64,000 nt of DNA from assembly GCF_009914755.1 (NCBI RefSeq), contig NC_060932.1; one strand, given 5' to 3'. The notes beneath the pieces are model-generated. The model was not told the DNA's origin. It saw only the letters and a list, made by a program, of their open reading frames with translations, and ran no database searches. Positions 25,898 through 37,360 of the stretch are shown here, one piece after another; position 1 is the first letter of the stretch; the number at the start of each line of letters is the position of its first letter. The position numbers and the translations under genes were made by a program. This DNA is from the human T2T-CHM13v2.0 reference genome, Homo sapiens.

Positions 25898-26866
25898 GTG
25901 AGTGCGGGCGGGGCGGGGCGGAGCCGGAGCCCTGGAGAGGCGGGGCCTGTGAGGGAGGAGAGGGGGGTGGGGCCCTGGAGAGGAGGGGCCCGTGGGGGCG
26001 GGGCGGGGCCTCGAGCAGAAGGGGCCGGTGGAGGGAGGGGCTTGGGGGCGGGACCAGGTAGGGGCGGGGCCGGGGCCGGGGCCTGGCAGACGCTGGGCGG
26101 GGCCTGCAGGAAGAGTGAATAGGGTGGGTCTGGGCTCTGAGAAGCAGGACCTAAACTCGGGGCTGGCCCGTGGGAGTGGGGGCTGGCCCGTGGGAGTGGG
26201 GCCTAGCCGGGGGAGCAGAGGTGAGGGCCCCGAAGAGGGTGGTGCTTGGGGCTGGGTGGGACTAGTTGGGGCTTTCTTCCGGTTTGTGGATTGGGGTTTT
26301 TGGAGGGTGTGCGGAAGGCTGGCTGTGGGACCTCTGGCCAAGCCAGCCCGCCTGCCCCAGCCGGATACTGCCTCCAGAATGTATTTCTGTAATAAGGCTC
26401 TCTAATGACCCCATGCATTTTTTAGCTGCTTCCATGAAGTTAAATCACGTTGTAATGAGACTGTCATTGTTTGGGCTGTTTTTTCCTTGGTGAACTTTCC
26501 TGGGGAGAAGAGCTCCTCTCAGGAGCCTGGGGAGGGCCCCGGGGCATCGGCTGGGCTGCGGAAGGGAGGCAGGGGGCTGTTGGGGTGCCAGGCACGGGAG
26601 AGCAGCCGTCCTGCAGGTGAACGCTGGCCTGTGGGCGGTGGAGGCAGTGAGGGAGGTGGCGCGGGGTATGGGAGACAGGACCCACAGGAAGGGTCCCCTG
26701 GTGACCAGATGAGGGCTGGTGCCAGGCTGGGCACTCTGGTCCCTGGCTCCCAGCTGCCCAGTGGAGCCAGGTGGCCCAGTGCTGCCGAACTCAGAGCACT
26801 GTGGCCACAGAGAGAGAGGACGGGGGCAAAGAACCGCTCCTGTGCTGACCTAAGCCCGTCCTGCAG

Positions 26867-26977
26867 CCGCTGGGCGCACCAGCTCCCGGAGCCAGTCCCT
26901 GCGGTCCACAGATGCCCGGCGGCGCGAGGAGCTGGGGGACGAGCTGCAGCAGTTTGGGTTCCCAGCCCCCCAGACCG
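26867..26977 (+). CDS. ADGRB1: Exon 4, TSR1-TSR2 linker (includes S326/L327, the MMP14 vasculostatin-40 site as I recall)
   Basis: [37 protein letters not shown]; ctgcag| and |gtgagc; 111 nt. Confidence 0.93.
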
Positions 26978-27395
26978 GTGAGCTGGCGGGAGGGGGGTGG
27001 GTGGGACTAGGGCTTTGGGAAAATACTGTAAGTTATCAATTGCAGCTAGTTATGGGTAGTAACTTGAATAACATGCCATAACTAGACTAAACCCTTAGGT
27101 GCAGGGCTCTTGTCTCCTGACTGCCTGGCATTAGGGGAACTGGTGTGAGGTGAAGAAACGTGTCCCTGGCCAGACCCCAGAGGCCCAGGGATGGCACAGG
27201 CCGGCCCTCAGGGCTCCCAGCCTTGTAGGGGAAATGGCCAGTTCTTGAGATCAGCCTGGTTCGAAGGCCCGGGGGCTCTGCCCCAGCCCCGCTGCCTGCT
27301 CCCCAGCAGGGCAGCCCTCCTGCTGCGGGGTCTGGCCCCGGTCTGACTGCAGCCCCATGGGCGGCAGGCCTGTGACGCTGTAGTGGGGCCTGCAG

Positions 27396-27560
27396 GTGAC
27401 CCAGCAGCCGAGGAGTGGTCCCCGTGGAGCGTGTGCTCCAGCACCTGCGGCGAGGGCTGGCAGACCCGCACGCGCTTCTGCGTGTCCTCCTCCTACAGCA
27501 CGCAGTGCAGCGGACCCCTGCGCGAGCAGCGGCTGTGCAACAACTCTGCCGTGTGCCCAG
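27396..27560 (+). CDS. ADGRB1: Exon 5, TSR2
   Basis: [28 protein letters not shown]; 165 nt. Confidence 0.95.
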
Positions 27561-27666
27561 GTGGGTGGGACCTTGGGCTGGGGCAGCGGACAGCCAGGGC
27601 AGCGGGGGGCCAGGGCAGCGGGGGCGGTGGCCGCAGTGGGCAGCAGCACCTTCCGTCCCTCTGCAG

Positions 27667-27831
27667 TGCATGGTGCCTGGGATGAGTGGTCGCCCTGGAG
27701 CCTCTGCTCCAGCACCTGTGGCCGTGGCTTTCGGGATCGCACGCGCACCTGCAGGCCCCCCCAGTTTGGGGGCAACCCCTGTGAGGGCCCTGAGAAGCAA
27801 ACCAAGTTCTGCAACATTGCCCTGTGCCCTG
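27667..27831 (+). CDS. ADGRB1: Exon 6, TSR3
   Basis: [28 protein letters not shown]; 165 nt; donor |gtaggt. Confidence 0.95.
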
Positions 27832-28009
27832 GTAGGTGAGAGGGAGGGCGTAGGGGCAGGGAGGAAGGGAAGAAAGGGGAGGTCACAGTGGGCCACCGGC
27901 CAGGCCCAGGAGCCCAGCTTTGCCCACTCCAGACCCACCTCAGGGTGCTCAGAGGTTGGAACCTCAGACTGGGTTTAGGAAGCAGACTGAGGTGTGACCT
28001 TGGGGCATT

Positions 28010-28440
28010 TCCCACCCATATCCCAGGCTGGGTGTGGGGTGGTGACCTCTAGGGTTTTCTCACCCATATCCCAGGCTGGATGTTCACGCCATGTCCCAGG
28101 CTGGGTGTGGGGTGGTGGCCCCCAGGGTTTTCACACCCATGTCCCAGGCTGGGTGTGGGGTGGTGGCCCCAGGGTGTTCTCACCCATGTCACAGGCTGGG
28201 TGTGGGGTGGTGGCCCCCAGGGTGTTCTCACCCATGTCACAGGCTGGATGTGGGGTGGTGGCCCCCAGGGTTTACTCACCCGTGTCCCAGCCTGGGTGTT
28301 CTCACCCATGTCACAGGCTGGCCGTGGGTGGTGGCCCCCAGGGTGTTCTCACCTATGTCCCAGGCTGGGTGTGGGGTGGTAGCACCCAGGGTGCTCACAC
28401 CCACATTCCAAGCCAGGCATTGGGGTGCCGGGTGTTCACG
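28010..28440 (+). repeat. About 48-bp minisatellite (VNTR-like), intron 6
   Basis: Unit cccatgtc(a/c)caggctgggtgtggggtggtggcccccagggtgttctca, about 8 full or partial copies. Confidence 0.9.
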
Positions 28441-28468
28441 CCCACTTTGTGTCTCCTTCCTCCCCCGG

Positions 28469-28642
28469 GCCGGGCAGTGGATGGAAACTGGAATGAGTGG
28501 TCGAGCTGGAGCGCCTGCTCCGCCAGCTGCTCCCAGGGCCGACAGCAGCGCACGCGTGAATGCAACGGGCCTTCCTACGGGGGTGCGGAGTGCCAGGGCC
28601 ACTGGGTGGAGACCCGAGACTGCTTCCTGCAGCAGTGCCCAG
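28469..28642 (+). CDS. ADGRB1: Exon 7, TSR4 (start 28469 if GRA is included; canonical CAG acceptor gives start 28478)
   Basis: (GRA)[29 protein letters not shown]; donor CAG|gtcagg. Confidence 0.92.
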
Positions 28643-28754
28643 GTCAGGGGTGCGCCAGGCTGGGGTCGGGGGGCACCTAACAAGCAGGAGCCTCTAGGAA
28701 GGGGACAGGCCCCACAGCGGGTGGGGGTAACCATGGGCCCCGGCATGTGACTGA

Positions 28755-29360
28755 GGAGGGAGTGGGGTGCACAGTGGGGTCTGGGGTGGCTGTGGGGGAA
28801 ACGGAGCATGGGGTGGCTGCAGGGTGAGTGAGGTGCACTGTGGGGTGTGGGGTGGCCATGAGGAGAGTGGGGCATGGGGTGGCCATGGGGAGAGGAGTGG
28901 GGTGCACAGTGGGACTTGGGGTGTCCATGGGGAAGTGGAGGGTGGGGTGGCTGTGGGGTAGCAGGGTGCACAGTGGGACTTGGGGTGTCTCTGGGGGAAG
29001 TTGAGTGTGGCCATGGGGTAGCGGGGTGCACAGTGGGACTTGGGGTGTCTGTGGAGAAGTGGAGTGTGGGGTGACTGTGGAGTAGTGGGGTGCACAGTGG
29101 GACTTGGGGTGTCCATGGGGAAGTGGAGTGTGGGGTGGCCATGGAGTAGTGGGGTGCACAGTGGGACTTGGGGTATCCATGGGGAAGTGGAGTGTGGGGT
29201 GGCCATGGATTAGTGGAGTGCACAGTGGGACTTGGGGTGTCTGTGGAGAAGCAGAGTGTGGGGTGGCCGTGGAGTAGCGGGGTGCACAGTGGGACTTGGG
29301 GTGTCTGTGGGGAAGTGGAGTGTGGGGTGGCCGTGGGGTAGTAGGGTGCACAGTGAGGTG
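28755..29360 (+). repeat. About 64-bp G-rich minisatellite, intron 7
   Basis: ggtgcacagtgggacttgggg recurs at 28901, 28965, 29025, 29089, 29153 and onward. Confidence 0.92.
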
Positions 29361-29604
29361 TGGAGGGTGGTGGGGTTGGCTGCATGTGGGGTGTTTGCTT
29401 TATTTTGTATCAGGCTGATGACTGGTTTCTCCTCTCCTGGTCTGAATTTCCCTTCTTTGACCTCCTGCCCCACATCCCTGGGTCCCTATGTTTCACTGCC
29501 GCATGGCTCTGTGTGGGTCCCTGTCTTTGTGTCCTCCTGTCACTGTGGCTCCTGGACCCTGCCCTTCTTGTCGCCTGTGCCCTGTGTCTGGCCACGCCCC
29601 GCAG

Positions 29605-29769
29605 TGGATGGCAAGTGGCAGGCCTGGGCGTCATGGGGCAGTTGCAGCGTCACGTGTGGGGCTGGCAGCCAGCGACGGGAGCGTGTCTGCTCTGGGCCCT
29701 TCTTCGGGGGAGCAGCCTGCCAGGGCCCCCAGGATGAGTACCGGCAGTGCGGCACCCAGCGGTGTCCCG
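29605..29769 (+). CDS. ADGRB1: Exon 8, TSR5
   Basis: [28 protein letters not shown]; 165 nt. Confidence 0.96.
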
Positions 29770-29967
29770 GTGAGGCCCCTCCTACCTGGGCTGGGCTCTG
29801 GGGAGGGCTGATGGCAATCGGGCGGGCTTGGGCTCAGCTGTCACCCACGTGGTGTGTTGGGGGCTCCCGTCCTGTCCTCATAATGATGCCTGCTCCAGGC
29901 GCCTTGCACCTTCCAGAGCCGGCTCTCAGTACCCCTTCCTGAACCCCTGTCCCGGGCCCCTTGGCAG

Positions 29968-30069
29968 AGCCCCATGAGATCTGTGATGAGGACAACTTTG
30001 GTGCTGTGATCTGGAAGGAGACCCCAGCGGGAGAGGTGGCTGCTGTCCGGTGTCCCCGCAACGCCACAG
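29968..30069 (+). CDS. ADGRB1: Exon 9, hormone-receptor (HormR) domain start
   Basis: [34 protein letters not shown]; 102 nt. Confidence 0.96.
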
Positions 30070-31528
30070 GTGAGGGCTGGAGAGCACGTGGTGTATGGGG
30101 GCTCCCGTCCTGTCCTCACAGTGATGCCCACGCTGAGGTGCTGTCAGCACTGGGAGGCGGCCCAGACACGGAGCCCAGACAGCCTGCGTGTGCTGGCGCG
30201 GGGTGGTGGGGCCGCGAGCCCAGGGCACCGTGTGAGAACTCTGTGGCAGCTGCTGTTCTGAGCACTCGCTAGGGGCTGGCACCCATGCTCAGCCCTAACG
30301 CAAGATGTCCACGGAGTCTAAGCAACCCAAGAAGCCGCCACCATTTACAGCTGGGAAACTGAGGCACAGGGAAGTGAATGCCCTTGCCCGGGGCTTGCGG
30401 GGACAGGAAGAGGAGGTCTCTGTTGAATGCCAGCCTCAAGGAGAAAGCAGGGCTCCACGGGGAAGGGCTCGCTGCACTAGGGGCAGGCCTCCTTTGCTCC
30501 TCCTTTTTGAAGGAGTGCAGGTGCTTTATGTCCCTGACAGGCAGCAGGCAGAGAGGATGGGAGCCTGGGTTCAAACTCTGGTTCTGCCCTTGTTTGCTGT
30601 GTGACATTCAGAAACTGCCTTAACCTCCCTGAGCCTCAGTGTTCTCATCTGTAGGATGAGGGCAGTTGGGGTTCCTCTGCTCAGAGCTGCTGTGGGGAGG
30701 TGTGGGGGACGGCGGCAGGGGCCCTGTGTTGCCAGCTGCGGCTGCTGCTCCTCCCTCGCTCTTCTGATTACAGAACAGGGCATGTTCTCGGTAGCAGATT
30801 GCAAATGCTGAGAAGCAAAAAGAAGCACGTGAATGCCGCACGGTGGCGTGCCTCCCCTGGCCTTTGGTCTGCATGCGTGGCAGGGTCTCCCAGTGCCGCT
30901 CATTTTTGGCCCCATCTAAACCAGCATCTGCATCCAGTCCTGTGGCTCTTGTCAGGTGTCAGGGCTGCGACAGTTCTTTGTGGCTGCCGCCACCCTGTAA
31001 ACACTCAGGTGTCCCTGTTTCTCTGATGATGTCCTGGGAGTGAGCTCTGTATCACAGGGTGTGCCGTGTTTAAGGCTGTTGTCCCCTTAATGCCCAGCAG
31101 CACCCCAAGGCTGCCCCCATGTCTCTGGGCCAGGCTGAGGCCCCTGTAGCCCTGTGGATGCAGCCAGGCAGGGGCCCAGGGTGCTGGCTCCCTCCAGGGC
31201 TCTGGGTTGGTTAGAAGGGGCTCCGAAGGAGGTCATGGCTGAACTCTGAAGGCCCTGCTCGGCCGAGATCTCCACCTCCATGCAGTGGGGTTCCTGAAGG
31301 CTTAGCTCCTGCCAGGTCCTGAGTCCTTGGGGCAGGTAGCAGCTGGAAATGTGTTGATGAAGGGAACGAGGTCCCTGCGTGGACTCTGCTCTCGGCGTGA
31401 GGCCATGGGCGAGTCCCTGTTTCTGGGGGCCACAGGGTCCCTTCCAGAAGGTCTGCTGCCAGGGGCCAAGGGTGGGATTCCTGGGCCAGGCAGCGGGCAT
31501 CCACCTGAGAAGGGGATGGTCTCCCCAG

Positions 31529-31635
31529 GACTCATCCTGCGACGGTGTGAGCTGGACGAGGAAGGCATCGCCTACTGGGAGCCCCCCACCTACATCCGCT
31601 GTGTTTCCATTGACTACAGAAACATCCAGATGATG
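31529..31635 (+). CDS. ADGRB1: Exon 10, HormR domain end
   Basis: [36 protein letters not shown]; 107 nt. Confidence 0.96.
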
Positions 31636-31733
31636 GTGAGGGCCAGTTCCCGGGGGTCTCCAACCCCTCCCCAATCACCCTGGCCACACAGGTTGGGACC
31701 CTGCAGAGGGTCCTAGGCATGGGAGATCCTGGG

Positions 31734-31752
31734 TGGCTGCCTGGACATGTTC
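31734..31752. promoter_or_regulatory. p53 response element
   Basis: TGGCTGCCT-GGACATGTTC; second half is a perfect RRRCWWGYYY; matches my recollection of the intronic p53 site reported for BAI1. Confidence 0.65.
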
Positions 31753-31791
31753 CACAGAGGTGAAGGCACCCGCCCTCTCTGTCTTCCGCAG

Positions 31792-31986
31792 ACCCGGGAG
31801 CACCTGGCCAAGGCTCAGCGAGGGCTGCCTGGGGAGGGGGTCTCGGAGGTCATCCAGACACTGGTGGAGATCTCTCAGGACGGGACCAGCTACAGTGGGG
31901 ACCTGCTGTCCACCATCGATGTCCTGAGGAACATGACAGAGATTTTCCGGAGAGCGTACTACAGCCCCACCCCTGGGGACGTACAG
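31792..31986 (+). CDS. ADGRB1: Exon 11, GAIN domain
   Basis: [39 protein letters not shown]...PGDVQ; 195 nt. Confidence 0.96.
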
Positions 31987-32104
31987 GTGGGCTCCCCGAG
32001 GGGCATTTTGGAAGAGGGTGTCGGGAAGGTGTCTGGGGAGCCCTCCTCGACCTTAGAGATGGATCCCCAACCCTAGCCACAGCCCAGGCCCTAACCCATG
32101 TCAT

Positions 32105-34220
32105 AGGTTGAACTCTGACCTTTGTCACACATTTAATCTTGGTCACACATTGAGCCCTGACCCTGGTCACACACTGAGCCCTGATCATAGGCTGAGCCCT
32201 GACCCTGGTCACATGCTGAGCTCTGGTCATAAGCTGAGCCCTGATCCTGGTCACACACTGAGCTCTGGTCACACACTGAGCCCTGACCCTGGTCACACAC
32301 TGAGCCCTGATCATAGGCTGAGCCCTGACCCTGGTCACATGCTGAGCCCTGACCCTGGTCACATGCTGAGCCCCAACCCTGGTCACACACCATGTCCTGA
32401 TCCTGGTCACACTCTGAGTCCTGACCCTTGTCACAAACTGAGCCCTGATCCTGATCATACACTGAGCCCTGACTCTGGTCACACTGAGCCCTGATCCTGG
32501 TCACACACTGAGCCCTGATCCTGGTCACACACTGAGCCCTGACCCTGGTCACACTGAGCCTTGATCCTGATCACACACTGAGCCCTGATCCTGGTCACAC
32601 TGAGCCCTGATCCTGGTCACATTCTGAGCCCTGATCCTGGTCACACACTGAGCCCTGACCCTGGTCACACTGAGCCCTGATTCTGGTTACACTCAGAACC
32701 CTGACACTGGTCACCCACTGAACCCTGACCTTGGTCACCTGCTGAACCCTGACCTTGGTCACATGCTGAACCCTGATCCTGGTCACACGCTGAGCCCTGA
32801 CCCTGGTCACACTGAGCCCTGATCCTGGTCACACACTGAGCCCTGATCCTGGTCATGCTGAGCCCTGATCCTGGTCACACACTGAGCCCTGACCCTCGTC
32901 ACATGCTGAACCCTGACCCTCGTCACATGCTGAGTCCTGATCCTGGTCACACGCTGAGCCTCGATCCTGGTCACACAGTGAACCCTGGCCCTGGTCACAC
33001 ACTGAGCCCTGATCATAGGCTGAGCCCTGACCCTGGTCACACGCTGAGCTCTGGTCATAAGCTGAGCCCTGATCCTGGTCACACGCTGAGCTCTGGTCAC
33101 ACGCTGAGCCCTGACCCTGGTCACATGCTGAGCCCTAATCCTGGTCACGCACTGAGCCCCAACCCTGGTCACACACCATGTCCTGATCCTGGTCACACTC
33201 TGAGTCCTGACCCTTGTCACAAACTGAGCCCTGATCCTGATCATACACTGAGCCCTGACCCTGGTCACACTGAGCCCAGATCCTGGTCACACACTGAGCC
33301 CTGATTCTGGTCACACACTGAGCCCTGACCCTGGTCACACTGAGCCCTGATCCTGGTTACACTCAGAACCCTGACACTGGTCACCCACTGAACCCTGACC
33401 TTGGTCACCTGCTGAACCCTGACCTTGGTCACATGCTGAACCCTGATCCTGGTCACACGCTGAGCCCTGACCCTGGTCACACTGAGCCCTGACCCTGGTC
33501 ACACACTGAGCCCTGACCCTGGTCACACTGAGCCCTGACCCTGGTCACACACTGAGCCCTGATCCTGGTCACACTGAGCCCTGATACTGGTCACACACTG
33601 AGCCCTGACACTGGTCACATGCTGAACCCTGACCCTGGTCACACTGAGCCCTGACCCTGGTCACACGCTGAGCCCTGACCCTGGTCACACCCTGAGCCCT
33701 GACACTGGTCACATGCTGAGTCCTGACCCTGGTCACATGCTGAGTCCTGACCCTGGTCACACACTGAGCCTCAATCCTGGTTACATGCTGAACCCTGGCC
33801 CTGGTCACACACTGAGCCCTGGCCTTGGTCACATGCTGAGCCTCAATCCTAGTCACACACTGAGCCCTGGCCCTGGTCACACCCTGAGCCCTTATCCTGG
33901 TCACACTGAGCCCTGATCCTGGTCACACACTGAGCCCTGACCCTGGTCACACTGAGCCCTGATCCTGGTCACACACTGAGCCCTGACACTGCACTGGTCA
34001 CATGCTGAACCCTGACCCTGGTCACATGCTGAACCCTGACCCTGGTCACATGCTGAGCCCTGACCCTGGTCACACACTGAGCCTCGATCCTGGTTACACA
34101 CTGAACCCTGGCTCTGGTCACAGTGAGCTCTGACCCTGGTCACACACTGAGCCCTGATCCTGGTCACATATTCAGCCCTGACCCTGGTCACACACTGAAT
34201 CCTGACCCTGGTCACAGTGA
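32105..34220 (+). repeat. About 2.1-kb 22/24-bp minisatellite array with internal higher-order duplication
   Basis: Unit ctgagccctga(c/t)cctggtcaca(ca); private variant blocks recur, e.g. catgtcctga at 32391 and 33177, actcagaacc at 32691 and 33361. Confidence 0.95.
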
Positions 34221-34275
34221 ACGGTGATTTTGTGCCCTGTTCTCTGTCACTGGCCCTTCTTCCTCTTCTTTCCAG

Positions 34276-34344
34276 AACTTTGTCCAGATCCTTAGCAACC
34301 TGTTGGCAGAGGAGAATCGGGACAAGTGGGAGGAGGCCCAGCTG
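34276..34344 (+). CDS. ADGRB1: Exon 12, GAIN domain
   Basis: [23 protein letters not shown]; 69 nt. Confidence 0.95.
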
Positions 34345-34954
34345 GTAGGGCCTGGGGCCCCTACGGTCAGCAGCCTCAGGAGGGGTGCAGGCACAGCTGG
34401 TGCCTCCCTGGTCTCCAGTCGGCCTGGGGTGGGGTCCCGCCGGGTGCTCTGGGTTTGGATCTCAGGATGGTCTCTTGCTGGTGTTGGCAGCACTGAGGAA
34501 GCTCAGCATTCCTAGCCTGTTTCCTCATTTGTCTAAGGACAGTCGTTTATTTCCTGGGGCTCAGTGAGGAGGTTCCAGAAAATACTGAGCACATGGGGAT
34601 GCCAAGGCAGCTGGGACATAGAGCCCTCCTCATGTTGGGGCAGTGGGCAGTGCTCACTCCCCCAGGCTGACCTCCAGCCAGCCACCACTCCTAGCCCGGG
34701 CAGCACCCGGCATGGGGGCTGTGGGTATCCAGAGACTTTCCCCAATCCTGGGCTTCCCATGGGTGGGGCACAGCAGCCCCTCTGGGCATCTGCTTTCTCA
34801 TCCCCAAAGTGGGGTACTCAGAGGTCACCAGCCCCACTTCCTCAAAATGTTAGGAAATGGCCAATAAGAAAAGGAGGGACAGGGAAGGGAAGGAGGCAGG
34901 GGCTAAGGGACAGTGGGGCCTCCTCCCTCGGCTGCTCACCCCCCTGCCCTCCAG

Positions 34955-35063
34955 GCGGGCCCCAACGCCAAGGAGCTGTTCCGGCTGGTGGAGGACTTTG
35001 TGGACGTCATCGGCTTCCGCATGAAGGACCTGAGGGATGCATACCAGGTGACAGACAACCTGG
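34955..35063 (+). CDS. ADGRB1: Exon 13, GAIN domain
   Basis: [36 protein letters not shown]; 109 nt. Confidence 0.96.
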
Positions 35064-35735
35064 GTAAGCCTGCCCGCCTGCTGCCACCCCCCATGCCTTG
35101 CTTTGCAGCCCTGGGCCAGGCCCTTCTGCCTCAGCATCCTCATCTGTATAAAGGGGCAGTGACCAGACAGCCTTTGTGGGCCCTCCCAGCCGATTTCTCA
35201 GATGGGTCCTGTTTTCAGTCTCCTGAGGGTTGATGATGTGGCCTAGGAGGGGATGAGACACAGCCCACGGGGTGTGGACCTGGGAGCTCCGTCCCCAACC
35301 AGCGCTTCGCATGTACCCACCTGGGGCCAGAGCGTATTCTGCCTGTCACCCCCAGTGCCCTCCCTGTGGAGCTTTAGAGGCAGGGGCTGTGCAAGCCACA
35401 CTTTCCCTGCTTGTCAGTCCCAGTAGTGCCTTGCCAGAGGGGCCTGGACTCCACCCAGCTCCGTGGTGTCAGCCGAGTCTTAGTTTCCTCATTTCTAAAA
35501 TGAGATGATAACGGTGCCCATCTCATGGGGAGGTAGAGACTGATGAGACGAGTGAGTGGCTGAATCCCGGGGTAAAAGGTGGCTGTCATTACAAACACAG
35601 CAATTCTATTTAATGACTGTTACTACAGTGCCCTCAAATATCTCTCAAAAGCCACGTTTCTCAAACTTTCCCTGCCTTGATCAGAGAGTCTCTCAAAGCA
35701 GAGGACCCAGGAGTGGGTGCTGGCCCCAGCTGTGA

Positions 35736-35848
35736 TCCCTGCTACTAGGGAGGCCGAGGTGGGAGGATCGCTTGAGCCCAGGAGTTTGAGACCAGCCTGG
35801 GCAGCACAGTGAGACCCTGTCTCTACAAATGTTTTTTAAAAAATTAGC
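35736..35848 (+). mobile_element. Alu fragment (right-arm/left-arm chimera)
   Basis: gaggccgaggtgggaggatcgcttgagcccaggagtttgagaccagcctggg...aaaaattagc. Confidence 0.9.
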
Positions 35849-36087
35849 ACCAAGGAGGGAGAGTGTCACCTCCCCTGTGGGGATGCTTCACCTTTAGTGA
35901 TATGACCAGGATCAGCTGAGCTTTGTCAGCACACACACCCTGGGGCCTTGCCCAGTGCCTATACTGGTGCCCAGGACGTAACTGGTAGCCAGCTCCCAGA
36001 GCACTCGGCACAGCCCACAGCCCCTGGAATGGCCCACACACGCTTCAAACCCTGAGCACCGTGGTTACCCCACATGCTTCATAACCC

Positions 36088-36406
36088 TGTCTCAGTCCAT
36101 TTCCTGTTGCTGTCACTGAAGGGGTAATCTATAAAGATGAGAGGTTCTGGAGGCCGGAAAGTCCAAGATCACAGCTCCAGCTCTGAGTGAGCACCCTCCT
36201 GCTGCAGCACAGCATGGCAGAGGCAGCCCATGAGAGACAGAGCAAGTATGCCCGCTGAGGTCTCCCTTCCCATAATACCACTAAAGCCATCATGGGGGCC
36301 ACCCTCGCCCTCCCAAAGGCCCCACCACCAAGTACCATTAGCAGATGAAATTGGGGATTCAATTTCCAACACGTGAACGTTTACAGGACACATTCAAGCT
36401 ATAGCA
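36088..36406 (-). mobile_element. MaLR solo LTR (MST/MLT1A-like)
   Basis: tgtctcagtccattt...ggttctggaggccggaaagtccaagatc...cccaaaggccccacc...acacattcaagctatagca. Confidence 0.7.
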
Positions 36407-37014
36407 CACCACAGACACCCTGTGCATCCCATATGCTCCACTCAGCTGTGCTCAGCCTCACTCACTCCCAGGACCCTGCTTCTCTGCCCAGGCCCCCACC
36501 CCTACATCCCTCCCTCACTCAGCTGCCAAGAACTGGACGCCAGCAAGAGCGGCTTCCCATCGCATCTGTTTATGCAAACCAGATGAAAGGAATAATCCCT
36601 CCCGACTGTCAGAGCTGTAGGCCAAAGTGACACAGAAGCTGCATGTAGACAGACTATGAAGGCTCGAACTCTGATCCCTGCAGCCAACCTTAAACCCAGA
36701 GACCTGCCATGACCGGGTTGATGACCCAGTGTTTTCACCAGTAGAAATGTCCATTTCAATATTCATCTCGGCACAAGGTGCTTGGCACTCCCGAGGTGTC
36801 CCATCCCCAGGCCTAAAACAGACACAGTCCGAGGATATTTAAGTTAAGCAACCCTAACTTCCACGTGACCAGACCTGTACTGCAGGCGGCATTCAGACGT
36901 GTCTGGTGGAAACCATAGCTTCGTGCCTATTGTACTTGAACAAGTCCCACTAAAACATGTCCAAGACGGATCGACATTCTTATTATAATGTCTTTGGGAG
37001 GCTAACTAGCATTA

Positions 37015-37360
<346 letters not shown>

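Noticed and set aside
27994-28680. 228-aa ORF running through the 48-bp VNTR into exon 7
   Set aside because: A unit length divisible by 3 keeps the frame open by chance, and exon 6 read-through stops at 27837-27839
30772-30788. AGAACA-gggca-TGTTCT (GRE-like palindrome containing a p53 half-site)
   Set aside because: Spacer is 5 rather than 3, and there is only one p53 decamer
32105-34220. Repeat array as CRISPR-like or as a repeat protein (VTRVRAQC)
   Set aside because: No unique spacers, no cas genes, eukaryotic intron; peptides are satellite translations
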